DNA of 63,298 nt, counting the filler, from Conidiobolus incongruus B7586 (taxonomy: Eukaryota): the NCBI GenBank assembly GCA_000697335.1. It is 6 parts of 6 records of this genome, joined end to end, with 100 filler letters (N's around TTAATTAATTAA, not from the genome) between each part and the next. Parts side by side here need not be neighbours in the genome. Positions count along the whole stretch, not along the records: positions 1 to 23,206 come from JNEM01006446.1; 5 more parts are not named here. One strand, written 5' to 3'. A program made the translations under genes and the position numbers. Below the pieces are notes generated by a model. That model searched no databases. It was not told where the DNA came from and was given only the letters and a program-made list of their open reading frames with translations. Shown one piece after another: positions 1-14,037 of the stretch (positions within the stretch are counted from its first letter, which is position 1; the number at the start of each line of letters is the position of its first letter).

Positions 1-3000
1 AATAATAAATTTTAATAAATAAATTAAGAATTTCTATATAATTATAAAATTATAAAATCTTATATTTTAAAAAATTAATATAATAAAAATTATAATCAAA
101 AAATAAAAATAAAACTTGATACTTATATTTATCATATAAATTAAAGGAATTGAATTAAAAAAATATAATATTGAGAGAGAGATATATTTTATTTATTTTT
201 AATAATAAATATTAGTTAAAATAACATATACAATAATATTCAACATTTGACAAAAAGGAATTCAAAAATATAATTTTAATAAGAAACTAATTCGATAAAT
301 ATTTCAATTAAGGCTTAAAAAATATTTAATTTATATTATTGATCTCAATTTAAAGCATATATCTTGTTTCATATTGATTTAGTTGATATTAAACCTATAT
401 AGCATCTAAAATTTGCTCCAAACTACTTTTAAAAATGAATAGAAGAATATTATTAAATTTTTAATTTTTAAAAAAGTAATAATATAAGGATATATAATAA
501 AAAAATTAATGAGAAAAATATTATAATATGTTCATAAAGTAATATAAAAAATATAAATTAACCTAGATATAAGCATTATTAAATATTAACTTATATTCCC
601 AAAACAATAATTTAAATGATAATAAATATGGAGTAATATATCCTAAAATTGCAATATACAGTTTCAATTATTATAATTCTTCTTTAAAATTAGAATCTTA
701 ACTTATAATTCTGTAAAAATATTTTCAAAGTATTTAAAAATATTAAACTATTGATATAAATAAAGCATGATTATATAATTAAGAAATCAAAAATATTGAT
801 AATTCTCAATCATTAATTCGATCTAAAAATGTTAAAATACAATTAGATTAAAGGAAAAATACAGCTGTGAAAGGATGCAACTTTATTCAAATATCACCCT
901 TAGTAGCAGATGCCAAGTTTACAATACATCATTTTCGGTAAGAGTTAATTGATTACTAATAGTGGGCTTATACTTTTTTCTTATACATAGGAGTTGAAAT
1001 GGATATAGTTAGTCGATATGTATCAATTAATCCCTTTTGATTTTTGGATTATTAATCATATAATACAGTTTTCTGTGAATAAAAAAATCAGATTTTTATA
1101 TCAATAATTACTATAATGGTCATTGTGAAAATAGTGAAAATATAAAATTATCCAAAAGATTATTAATATTTATAATTTTGTAAATTTACAAGACGACTAT
1201 GCTTGGTAATGCATTTCTTATTTAAATCATTCTGAAACTTGATTCATAAGAACTTGGTATTTATTTTACAAGGAAAGTTTTAAATAATAATAAAAATTAT
1301 ACTTAAATATTTTATTAATTCTCATACAAATACAATTTTGAATATGATCAAAGAACAAATTTAAAGAAAAATTAAATAATGATTTTATTATCAATACGAT
1401 AAATTACTTTATTCAGATTATAAAATCAATGAATAATTTACATTCAGATATCCATAAATAGCAAATATCCATATCTATATCTGGCTAAATATATCATAGT
1501 GAACACTAAAATTGATAATGATATTAAATTTAATGGAATTATTATAAGAGCGGAACTTACTAAAATTAGTTAAAAGCCTTCAATATAAATAAATCATCTA
1601 AAAAAATAAAGTAAATCTAAAATATTATAATTCAAAATTTATCATTTAAGTACGATACTATATATATTTGATTAAATTTTTCAATATTTTTGACAATTAT
1701 AAAATTGATTAATCTAAACTTTTTTGATTTAAAATATGAATTAGCGATGTAATTCAATTATATTATATCATTTTAACCCTTCACTGTGTTTCAAGTCAAA
1801 TTTGTTAATAAAATTAATTTTGATTTAATTTTTCCTTATTTAGAAACAGGAAACAATTCATTTCCAAATAAAAACTATATCAGATAATTAGAAATTATAA
1901 CTTATAATAAAATTGTATATTAATATTTAGATAATTAAAAAATATATATTTCTTATTTATATATTTATATAATAATATTTAAACCAAATATTGACTAAAA
2001 TTCAATATTAAAATATCTACCAAGTATTGAAATTAATTTTTGGTATTTGTATCCCAAATCGTCAAATAGTGGTGAAATTTATCTAGTGATTTGAGGGAAA
2101 ATATTTACTTTCAACATTAATTCACACTAGAAAAAAAGATGTATTAGTATGGAAGATGAATAAATTTTTATGAACTTAGTGAATATAAACAATTATAAAC
2201 CTTTTAATGATAAATATTGAAACAATGATAATTATATATTAAGAACAATATTTTTTTAGAAAAAAAAATTCAATTAAATTTATTAAATTTCTTTTTCTTT
2301 TTAACTTAAACTGAACAAAAGGATAATAATTAATATTATTCATAATTGAACAATTTGAGTAAAATTATTTGTTTTAATCAATTTTCAAATATTTAAATAA
2401 AAATCCTATAGTATTAATTAATTTATATATAAATAGTAGAAAACAAGCGATAGTGTATTTAAACTAACAATGGTTATATTTTCTTACTAATAATAAATGT
2501 CAAATGAAATAATGAATTTAGAATGGGAATTTTGAATACTAAGAATGTGATATTATACTCAATTGATATATAATATATTCTGTTAAATGATTCATACTTG
2601 TTAGCTTGGTTTTATTAATTAAAGTAGTTAATTACAGAAAAAATATTAAAATTGGTAATTTATTACTTTAATTATTAAGAATTTTGTTATGTTAAAATTA
2701 ATAATACTACATTCTATGAATTTATTTTACTAACATTCTATCTTAATATAGAAATTAAAAGAAAATTATTTAATATATATTGGGTAAAAGGAGTAAAAAC
2801 ATAGATGGTGAATTTGAAAGATAAAATTAATATAAATATTTTAAACAATATAAAATTTAATTGGTTAATAATAATTATTATTTAAGTTGTAGAATTTATA
2901 CTTTTTGGCAAATTAAACAATTACAATCTTGGAGGATTGAAATGGGAACATGTAAATAGTCAATGATATTTTGATTGAAGGGGGAGTAAAGATAATCACA

Positions 3001-4701
3001 AAATTAAATAGCAAAAGCCAAGTTCATTGAATATGTGTGCTTGATAAATTTGGACAAGCCTTTAAAACTCTCCTTATGGAAATTGCATTTTTGTTGAGTA
3101 TTCACTTTATTTTGAAGTGACTTTCGTACAAGTATCCGAAATTTAACAGATTTAAATTATTAATATAAACTACAAATACCCGACTATTTTTACAATGTTC
3201 TACAGTCAACTCTATAATAGGCTCATAATTATCAAAGCTCTATAAATAATATTGTAAAATATATATTCATTGTATCAATATTAAACTTGAATGCAAATAT
3301 ACTTGAATATGAATTATATTAAAGATATAAAGTTAAAAATGGAAAACTTAAATGATATATCTTGTTTAGATGCTGAAATCTTGATGTATATTTAATAAAA
3401 ATGAGAAATGGAGTAAATTTCAAAAATATAAATCCCATACAAAATGTTATTTGAAAAAAATTGGAAGATGAATTAACTAATCAATAGAGTGAAATATCGC
3501 TATAAACTGGTAAATATGAGATGAATTGAATTGTTAAATCGCTCAAAACCTTGATTTAACAAGTTTTAGTTGTTGATTTTATTGAATTGGGTAAAATTTA
3601 AGTTCTTAGCTTAATAACATTTACAATAATATAATTTATTAAAAAGAATTTGTAAATTTATTTATATTCAAATATTATAATAATAATAATAATAATAATC
3701 CATTATCATATAATTTATAAATCTTTACTTAAGAATCTCAATCGCCACGTTTCATTTATCTTATTACTATATTTATATAATAATATATGTATTTGATTTT
3801 AATATAAAATTCAAGCCTATTTTTATCACAGTTATACTGATTATAAATATTTATGTACATAATAATATCCGTTTTATTCAATTATATTATTCTCATTAGA
3901 TTGTTATTCTAAATTTTCTTTGATAAATTGTTAATAAAATTTTATTACATCATTAAATAACAAAAATGTAAATTACTTTAAGTAGAAATATTCATTTTAT
4001 GTTATTAGGATCTAGATAAATATCTAAATACAAAACTCGGTCAAAAAGTATCTGTCTAATATTTATGGAAACATTTTAAATCATTCTTATTTAAAAAGTT
4101 TTTAGTAATTAATTAATGACATGATTCAGTTCATGTAGTTATTTTATTATAATATCTACAGAACAGATCAAAGACCCGTTTAATCCTAGTACCTAATAGT
4201 AAATCAAATTAGTTATCAATTGAAAAATTCATTTAAATCAACTACATTGAATTGTTGAAGGGGTTAATTGAACACACATTAAACCAGGATTCTGAAGATT
4301 TTATAACTACTTAAATTAAAGTTTACCGAAAAAATTACCTTATTCAATATTGAAACAAATAAATTTTTAATCTATTTAAGTGACTTCCTAATTCATTACA
4401 TATTCTCTCCCTAAAATAAACCTTTAACCTCCTATTCAATTCCGATTATTTTTCTTCAACTCAAAAATAATATTGTTTATGGAGAAGGATATAACTAATA
4501 AACTGATTAAAATTTAAATTTACATGTAGACTATACTTTCTATACTCCATTTTACTTTAATTGAATTTGCATCACTGTTTTGTTGATATTCATTGATTCT
4601 AAAAATAAATGCTATTAACCATTCTTTTGATTTTAATAATATTTACTTTATATAACTATAAAAGATTATCATATTTCAATTAATCTCAAGACCAATTTTG
4701 A

Positions 4702-4703
<2 letters not shown>

Positions 4704-4760
<57 letters not shown>
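4704..4760. repeat. (ATT)n microsatellite, ~19 units
   Basis: Uninterrupted ATT run read directly. Shorter ATT/AAT runs occur at ~18083-18114 and ~22820-22847. Confidence 0.95.
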
Positions 4761-4765
<5 letters not shown>

Positions 4766-7700
4766 TAATATATATTATAATCAATTGGTAAATTACTAAT
4801 GTTTCAGATACTATGTTTAGCCACATAAAATATGATATCATATTCAAAGGTTACATAGCTCTAAGTTAAAAATTGGTTAAATAAATTAATATTAAACCAA
4901 ATTAAATTAATTAAAATTTAAATTTCTTTAAAATAATTTTTAAAAAAAATTAATGAATAAATTGAATTATTTCATAAAAAGTAAAAAATTAGGGTTTATT
5001 CAACCATTATTTAAATATTGGTTAGTTAATTAATTTTATTAAATTAATTTTCTTTTAATTTTAAACAAAGTAAATTAGTTTTAATCTAATTATAATAAAG
5101 AATAATATAAATTTATTTAATGCAATTAATTTCATTATATAACTTATTTTTGCTACTAGAGCATATTTTTTATCAATTTAATTCTGTAATATTATCTTTT
5201 AATATCTCTGATTATTATAATATATTTTTCAAGTTATTGTTTCTATATTACCATCAAATAACAAATTTAAAAATTTAATAGTCATTGTCCAATAGTGGCT
5301 AATTTTTATATAGTTATATTTTATAATGAAACTAAAGTATAATATTATCAATTGATCCTTTTAAATCTAACTGATTCATTCTTGAGAAAAATTTCATTCA
5401 CAATGATTGATTTTGTTTAGAGGGAAATCCCGTAATATTAAATTTTTTACCTAATCTATCCTGCAAGTGTTACTGAACTTTCATCAATGTCCAATTTTGG
5501 ATTGAAATTATATAATATTTTGAATATATATATATATATAGTATCGAATTATAATTGACTTCAATTTTTTACTGAATTTATAATTGTTTATTTAAATCAA
5601 TTTTCTTAATATTGAAATTTGTTCCAAATGCTCTAATCCTTCAATATTGAAGTGGTTACACTATACCTCAATATTCTACTTCTAAAAGCTGTTCAGGGTG
5701 AAAATTCCATTTAAGTATCTTAAAACTTAAATATCAAATTCTTTGAGAAAATAAACATTATATATGCTGTAAAACTCTGTCGTTTATTGTTCCACAGGTT
5801 TTGGAATGGCTAGAAATGATATTGAGATTAGCGTCGTTAGAAGTCATTTTTAATCTAATGAAAAAAGAGTGTGATAAAATTAAGGAAGAGTTGATTTTAT
5901 GAAAAACTGTCAACTTTTGAGAGCACTTTATTTCCACCAAAATTTATACATATTTATATTATAGAAAATGCAACTAAAATATTAGTTGCCTTTATCAAAG
6001 CATCATCTATTAACATGAACATGCTTAAATTTATGACTCATAACTACAACAATATATATTAAATTTAAATAATTATACTATAATCTTCTCATAAAATATT
6101 GTTTTTGATTTTAATTTATTATTATATTATTTAATATTTGAATCAATATATAATAATAAATAAAATTTTATAATTATATTCATATTAATTACTCTAAATT
6201 ATATATTATTATTTTTTTTCTTTGAAATATATAATAAATATAAGCAATTTAAATATTTTAAATTAATATAATTATAAAATCTATATTAAAAAATTTGAAA
6301 TTTTATATATTATTTTTATTCCAACATAATATAAGATTTTTGATTTTAATTAGAGAATACATTGAATTAATATATTATATTCTAATTATATCAAATTAAC
6401 TAATTGGTATTTTGAATTATATTTACTGGTGTATTATATTAATGAATATTATAATTATTAATAGTTTCTATATTTTATAAAAAATACAACCACTTTTATT
6501 AATAATGACTTTTTCGTTTTTTATATTATGGTTAAATTGTTATTAGGATCTTCTAATTTATTTCATGACTTAATAATTTAATATTAAATCAATTGACTAT
6601 AAACAGATAATACCTTTATTATTATTTTTTCATTTTTTGTTTAAAAAAAAAAGATTAATGATATTTTTTTAATATATTTGATTAAATTTTAATTATTTAA
6701 AATAATTGTAAAAAATTAATATTTTATATATAATTATAACTTTTTATACTATAATATCATTATTATAAAGAATTTTATAAATTATATTTTAATTTATTAA
6801 TATTTGTATAGATTAATTAAATAATAATTAATTTAATATAATTGAAAATATAATATATAAAATCAAAATTCTAATAATAAAAAGATATAAAAATTAATTT
6901 ATAAATATTTGAATCTTTATTTAAAAATATGTTTATTTGAAACTTAATTTATATTATTAATTTAAATTAAATTATATTTTTTCTAATATTAAAATCATTA
7001 TACTAATATAAATACTTTTATATAAGATATCATTTATTAACCAAAATAAGCTATTATATAAGGTTGACCTTTGATTTTTTGGAATATAATATAAAATTCA
7101 AAAAGTTAATATATTAATTTCCAGAATTATTATGCTTGATATATAATATATAAATAAAAATTATAATCAAATTTTTCATTTTCAATTTTAATATATTGTT
7201 TTTATATAAAATGATCTGATAATATAATTTAATATCTTTTTAAAATAGATCATATTAAATTACATATGTATTTTAAAGTTGTTTATAATTAATTCAATTT
7301 AATATTATAGCTAGAATAAAACCAAATACATCACTTATATATTATAGACTTTTTACAATCCCTTTAAAATATAATTGATATTTGGTATTATCAAATTTAA
7401 TATTTAACTCAGAAATATTATTATATCATGCCTTTATATAGATATTTATTTGTTATATTGTTGAGAATAAAGAGTGCTTTATACGCAATAACTAGGATTA
7501 TGAATGATTGAAAAGAGTATAAAAATAATTATATTTGTCTATTTTAGATCAAAGTTATAACTCAAACAGTCAAAATCAATAAATATATATAATGTATATC
7601 AAATCAAGTTTTTTAGATGAAAAGTTTAGATTAGATAAATAATATAAATATATTAGTTCAATAAAGAAAGTAATTAAAAATGAATGTCAAGATTATACCA

Positions 7701-10700
7701 TAAAATAGGCTTATCGAATGTTAAATAGAAAATGGATTTAAAAATCAATTATATAAAATAATAATCATTACAAGAATTAAATCATTATTATAGTAAAAAG
7801 AATATTCTTCTAAACATAAATAGTTATACCTGATTGAGCTAATATAATTGAATAGCCGATATTTTCAAGTATACTACTGTTTTAATAATCAAAGTTATTT
7901 TCCAAATATCAAAATAATGATTAGTGAGATCGGACCGACGCTCGATTAAATTATTCTATGTATTTTTGTAACCATTCTGCTGTATTTACCCACGCGTGGC
8001 TTTACAATTATATTACTATGCAGACGCCCACATGGCTTATGTAATGATATAAGTCTCTATAACCTTCTTATGTAATAGATTAATATTAACTTCAATAAAA
8101 GAACACTATTTATTCTCATCTACACTAATAAGTTCGTCATTTGCATATTTCTTTTTACTCATTTTCGCAACTAAAATAAATTTAATAGTTTAATTATTTA
8201 TGAAACTAATTATAATATTAGAACTTAAATTAGTTGAATTTATTTAATATTAAAAATATTTACTAAGAAATAAAAAAAAATATTATTAAATTGAATAAAT
8301 TAAATTAATAAAAATTTTAATTAAATAAAATATATATTTCAAAATAATTATATACTTATATAGTTAAAAATGATAAAAATTATAAAAATTATATTAAGAC
8401 TTTTTATAAAATTTTATAAAATTATAATGCAGTTTAATATAAAATAAATTGAATATTTTTAATAAAATTTGATAATATTAGTATGTAATAATATTGAAAA
8501 AAAATTAATTCAAATTCAACGAAAGATATATATATATATATATATTATTTAATATAAAAGATAAATATTTGTCTCATTTAAAAGATTTTTTTATTTTAAT
8601 ATCAATTTGAATAGGTTTTAAGTCCTTAATTGAATATTTAGAATTGAATATAATAATTAATGCAATGCATTTTTATTATCAGATGGAATAAATTTCCTAT
8701 TTAATCTACCAAAATTATAAGCTATGATTCCGACTATATAGAAATTCTATATGTTCTAAAATTATTAAATAAAGTTTGACATAGTAAAATAGAATCATTA
8801 AAAAATAATCTTATAATCTGAATAAAAATTATTTTCCTATTTAAGGACTAAATTTTGAATATGATTCAATTAGAATTTTTGATAAAAATATAATGAATTT
8901 ATAAATATTAAAAGTATTTATATAATAGTTAGTTGTATTTTATATCAAAATGTAATATATATTTACAGTATTATCAAAGTTTTTATTAAATGATATTAAG
9001 TGAAATAAATTTAGAGTTAATTGAATGTAAACTTGGGAATTAAAAATTATAGTTAATTTAGATTAAGCTAAAATCATGTAATTTAAATTTTAAGTACAGA
9101 AATTAGAATTGGTCAATGGATTAACTATTTAAATATCTTTTATATATTTAGAAATATAGTTGTTTGTATTATTTAGGTATATTGTTTATATATATTTTGA
9201 TGACATGAAGTTGATAAATTTTTTATAGTTTTGTCAAGTTGATATTAGGATATTTCGATTATATCAAAAAAATTGATGAAGATTATATTATATAAATGTA
9301 TGTTAAATAGTTGAAATGAGTACTATTGCATTCCCAATTTACTAGTAATCTGTTCTATATTTTAATATGAATTTATTAATTGTCTTTACGTTATGCAAAT
9401 TGATAGTTTAAAACCCAATAAAAAATATAATATAAATATTCTGATTTGTTATAACAGTAAGTAACTCGTCATTTCCTTATATAAAAACATTACTAAAAAT
9501 ATGTTGCCTAATTTTCAAATTAATTATTGATATCCAAAAACTTTGAAATTTATTTGAGACTTTGATATGTATTTCAATAGAACAATCTCAAATATCAATA
9601 TATTTTTTTAAAAATGATACATAACCGTCGGACATATCGTCGTAAGATAAGACTGAAATTTTCTATTTATGCTATTATAAAGAACAAATGATTATTTTGA
9701 TGGTCTAAATATATTGGTTAATGAAATCAATCATAATAGTTCCAATCCATATTTCCTAAATCAGGTGATTAATCAAGGAATGAACTTATATTGCTTTTTT
9801 GATATTTAAATTTTTATGATTTGTATTTGAGGTATATTGATTTATTTAATTCTTTAATTCATATATTTTTTATTAATAATACTTATAAAAATTTAATTAT
9901 TCATAATAATTGCTGCATTTTGAAATTAAATGTCCAAAATATTCCTAGACTAAAGATATAAATACAAAAAAATATCATATAAGAGTATAGTTAATGAAAC
10001 TATATAATTCTATATCTTCAAACTTGGGGATATAATTGCTTTGAGTCAAATGATGAATACTGGTTTTTAGCGTATAGCATTGTTCTTATTTCAAAGATTA
10101 ATATTATAATCTTGACAACATATAAATCTAGAATTAACTGTGAATTCCATGTAATTATAATTATAACGTCTAGAATTGATTGATTGAGTTGATATGCCAT
10201 TATTATTTACTTGGTTTAAAATTTTAATGTGAATTTCAAAATGCCATTATGAAAATTTAACATAATAATCAAAAATAAACCCGTAATTAGTTACAATTGC
10301 AGTAATTTTAAGCGATTTTGTTACCGTTAATAAAATTATAACTTTAATTTTCAGTTTGAAATCTTTCGATGTTTTATATTATTATAGATTTAAATTACAG
10401 ATTAACCGTTATAAAATCAAAATTTAGGGTCTAGATATTAAATAAAGAGTTTTAACCTGTTAAATTGCATTATATTAATTTTAAATAAGCCTAATTAATT
10501 AAATTTCCAACTTGTTTATTTAATAATATTACTAAGTGTTAGCAAAACTAAAATATAATTATTAAATATATTCTGAATAAAAAACATCAAATATATATAT
10601 ATTTCAATTTCATATAATCAATAACCAATTAATTTTATTAATTATACAAAATAGGAATTTTTATCAAAATAGAAGTTGAAAAATCTTTTGCCAATTGTAG

Positions 10701-13302
10701 AAGATTAAAATAGCTCAATATATAGTTAATCTCATTAATAAACAAGAACAATTGTATAAAATTGTCTAATGTAAAAGATTGTAATTATTAAAAGTTAATT
10801 TATTTTATTTCATTGTGTAGATAGAATTTAACAATGAAGGAATGATAGAAATTGCTATCTATCAAATATTTTAAAGAGATTATAAATTTATCATTAATAA
10901 TTTCCCTGATATAATAATTCTTTTTCCAAACTTTTTCATATATTTAATTATAGAATATAATGGATTTTATTAATTATTCCTTTAGTTTATATAAACGACA
11001 TATTTAGAATGATTAACCTGGTCAATTTACCTATTTAAGAAAAATATATTTCTCTAGGATAAAAATCAGCGTATTTTAACAATTCAAAATTTATTGAATT
11101 TATAAGAAATTAATATATCTTATTTTTGGTGCCAAGATATAGAGAAATATAATAAATATTCTGATATATGAGTTATATTCAATATTATTAATCTTAAGAG
11201 AATCAATTAAAATTTGACACCATTAAAATATTCCTAATAAAACAAAGTTGATTGAAACGGTGAAAGGGTATTTTGATGAAATTGCCGGAACTACTATTAG
11301 TTTATATCAGGATACTTAAAAAAATTAAAATTTATCCTTTTCAGGTTAAAATAATAATCTATTGACAATTATTTAAAATTCAGATATTAATAATATGTCA
11401 TTGATTTTAAATTAGTGACTGTTAATAGGAGTTATGTTATGACCTCATTTTTCAAAAATTATTCAAATTTTATATTATAATATTATTAATTTTAATAAGA
11501 ATAATCAAAAATGATTCAATTTAACAATTTTTATAAAATAAAAAAATAATTTATAATAAATAATAAATACTAATTCAAATAATATCCCGAGAACTAAAGT
11601 GATAGTGAGTTTTAATTGAGCCGATAACTATTATCAATTAATGAAATATTTTAAGAATGGTTTAAGAATATCAAATCATTATTTGATTGATTGATTGTTA
11701 ATAAATATAATTACTAATCAGTTAATAACTTTTAAATTGAAGCAATAAGCTAAAATATAGCCAATTTATATTATATTATATTATATTATATACTATAATA
11801 ATGCCAAGTATGACAAATAAAACTCCAACATAATATTATAAGATAGACCTTAAAATTATATATTCTATATCTTTAAAAACTTTATCATATACTAGAATAA
11901 TTACAGGCATTAAAAATTCTTGATATAAAATTTTCCACGTTTAAAACGCAGCTAATTAATCTTAGGAATAAGGGTAATATTTTAGCAAGAATTAGAATAT
12001 ATGTTTTGAAGGATAGTAAATAGCTGGGGTAAATGGATTGATATGCCTCCTTTCAGTAGGGAAAGAAATATTAGATTAACTGAATACAGTTAAATATTAT
12101 CTTAATACAAACTAAAGGAATGTACCATTGATTGGATTATAGGTTTTAAATCGACTTTATGCTTGTTATTATTTTGAGAATAGTAAATTTTCATTATCAA
12201 AACAAACAATTTGAATTGATTATTTAAAAAAAATCGTATGAAATCTCATGAAATCGCATATTAACTTATTTTCCTTTCAAATTTCAAATTGATTATTGAG
12301 TGTAAATTCGAGATTTACTTGATTAAAACTGATATGAGGTCAAATGGATAAAGCAACTTCGGTTACTATATTGAGACAGTATCTTATTAAATGGATGCAA
12401 TACATATTAATTAATTATCCAAATTCGGGATTAAAAGCTGAATTTTATATTCTAGTTAGATCATTGACTTGTTAATGTTAATTACTATTCGCTGTAATTC
12501 AAATGTAACTAAATAATATGGTATTGCTCCATACAACTAATGGTTGAACTGTTAACCCAACTACTTAATTTTAGATCAGAATATCTATTTTAATATAAAA
12601 TATCTTCCATTTATAGATAGTGGGAATGAGAAAATGACCAATGATTTGCCGTTGAAATTGCCTTAAACATAGAATGAGTGTGGAGATTAATATAAATTCC
12701 GAAATCACGCCGGTTAATATTAGACAATTTAATAAAATGTGTGTGAATTTGATTGAGAGGAGATTAATATTCTTGGCTTGATTAGTTAAGGATGATGAAC
12801 AAATCAAGTAATTTAAGTGGTTTAAATAGTTAAATCAATGTAGCATTCTTTTATGATAGTTGGTAAATTTTTTTTTGGTAATTACAAGAATAAATTGAAA
12901 TGATTTTCTCAGTCTATTAAGATAATCAAGGTGATATGATATTTCGGTAATACTTTACTTATTTGGTAAAATGATAAGATTTCAAGGGATCGGATGTGAT
13001 TCGAGTGACTAGACTAGATGGCTAAACAAATAGAGCTGATGCATAATAACTAAAAGGAAGGAATCTCTTTTGATCCATTTACATCCAAAACCCTTAACCT
13101 TGATTGACTAAGTGAGGTGGGTGGATATCTAAGATCCACAGTCCCTATTTTCCCATCTCAATCCACACGGCTATACTCCCCCACCCCCTCTTTTCTATTT
13201 CCACCCAACCCCATAAACTTAAACTCTACTCCAAATAGTCGGTAAATGGTAATTTTACTGATTGTATAGTTTTATCATTTAACCCTGTTGCTCTAATCTC
13301 AC

Positions 13303-13310
13303 TATATAAA
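13303..13310 (+). promoter_or_regulatory. Putative TATA box of the Con7-like gene
   Basis: TATATAAA ~55 nt upstream of the ATG, followed by a CT-rich tract typical of fungal core promoters. TATA-like words are common in this AT-rich DNA. Confidence 0.4.
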
Positions 13311-13365
13311 CCCCTTCTCTCTTAACCTTAATCCTCAGAATTTCGTTTGTACTATAGTTTTATCC

Positions 13366-14037
13366 ATGATGACCAACTCGATATCAATCAACTCCACCAA
13401 CACCCTTGCCACCTCTTGTGCTCCCTCTCATTATTCTCGTCCTTCTTTACCTCATCATTACGATTCTTATCCTCCTCATTCTGAAAACCACTCATCATAT
13501 CCCTACCCATCTCCTACTATTTCTCATGTCAAACTTGAGCTTCCTTCTCAAAAATCCTATCGTCATTCTTCATCGTCCTACCCATATCCTCCCAGATCTT
13601 CGTCATCGCTTTCTTCTCCTCAAATGCATCATTTGAACACTGATAATCATTATATTTTGCCTTCGCCTGTTGAAGTGACCAAGCCCAAATCTCCATCTCC
13701 CGCTCCTCACTCTTCTTCATTCTCGCTCCCAAGCTTTTCCGAGTTCTTTGGCAATTTGCCTCCTGTTCCTCCACAGCTTCCCTCTACATCTTCCCATTCA
13801 CTTCCTCCACTTCTCCTTCCTAACAAGGCTCCTTCTCAACAACCCACTAAGCGTCCCAGACGCAAGTACCATCAAATTGATCGCAATTACGCCTGTAAAT
13901 ACCCAGGATGCGATAAATCTTATGGTGCTTTGAATCATTTGAATGCTCACATCAAATCCAAGGGTCACGGTGAAAAGCGTAGTCCCATGGAATTCATCGA
14001 AATTAGAAGAGCCCTTTCCAATCTCAATGGAAATTAA
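13366..14037 (+). CDS. con7: Con7-like C2H2 zinc-finger transcription factor (223 aa)
   Basis: Long S/P/H-rich low-complexity N-terminus, then KRPRRKYHQIDRNYACKYPGCDKSYGALNHLNAHIKSKGHGEKRSPMEFIEIRR. This matches the Con7 signature KRPRRRYEEIERxYxCxxxGCEKAYGTLNHLNAHxxxQxHGxKRxPxEFKEIR. GC is clearly elevated over the flanks. Confidence 0.9.
   Translation: MMTNSISINSTNTLATSCAPSHYSRPSLPHHYDSYPPHSENHSSYPYPSPTISHVKLELPSQKSYRHSSSSYPYPPRSSSSLSSPQMHHLNTDNHYILPSPVEVTKPKSPSPAPHSSSFSLPSFSEFFGNLPPVPPQLPSTSSHSLPPLLLPNKAPSQQPTKRPRRKYHQIDRNYACKYPGCDKSYGALNHLNAHIKSKGHGEKRSPMEFIEIRRALSNLNGN

Noticed and set aside
2900..4620. Cytochrome P450-like fragments (KFGQAFKT; GLF*GENM**IRKSL)
   Set aside because: Too short. 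No ExxR, PERF or heme-binding motif was found.
13406..13933. ORFs 13406-13636, 13529-13774 and 13748-13933
   Set aside because: Alternate-frame or antisense shadows of the Con7-like CDS.
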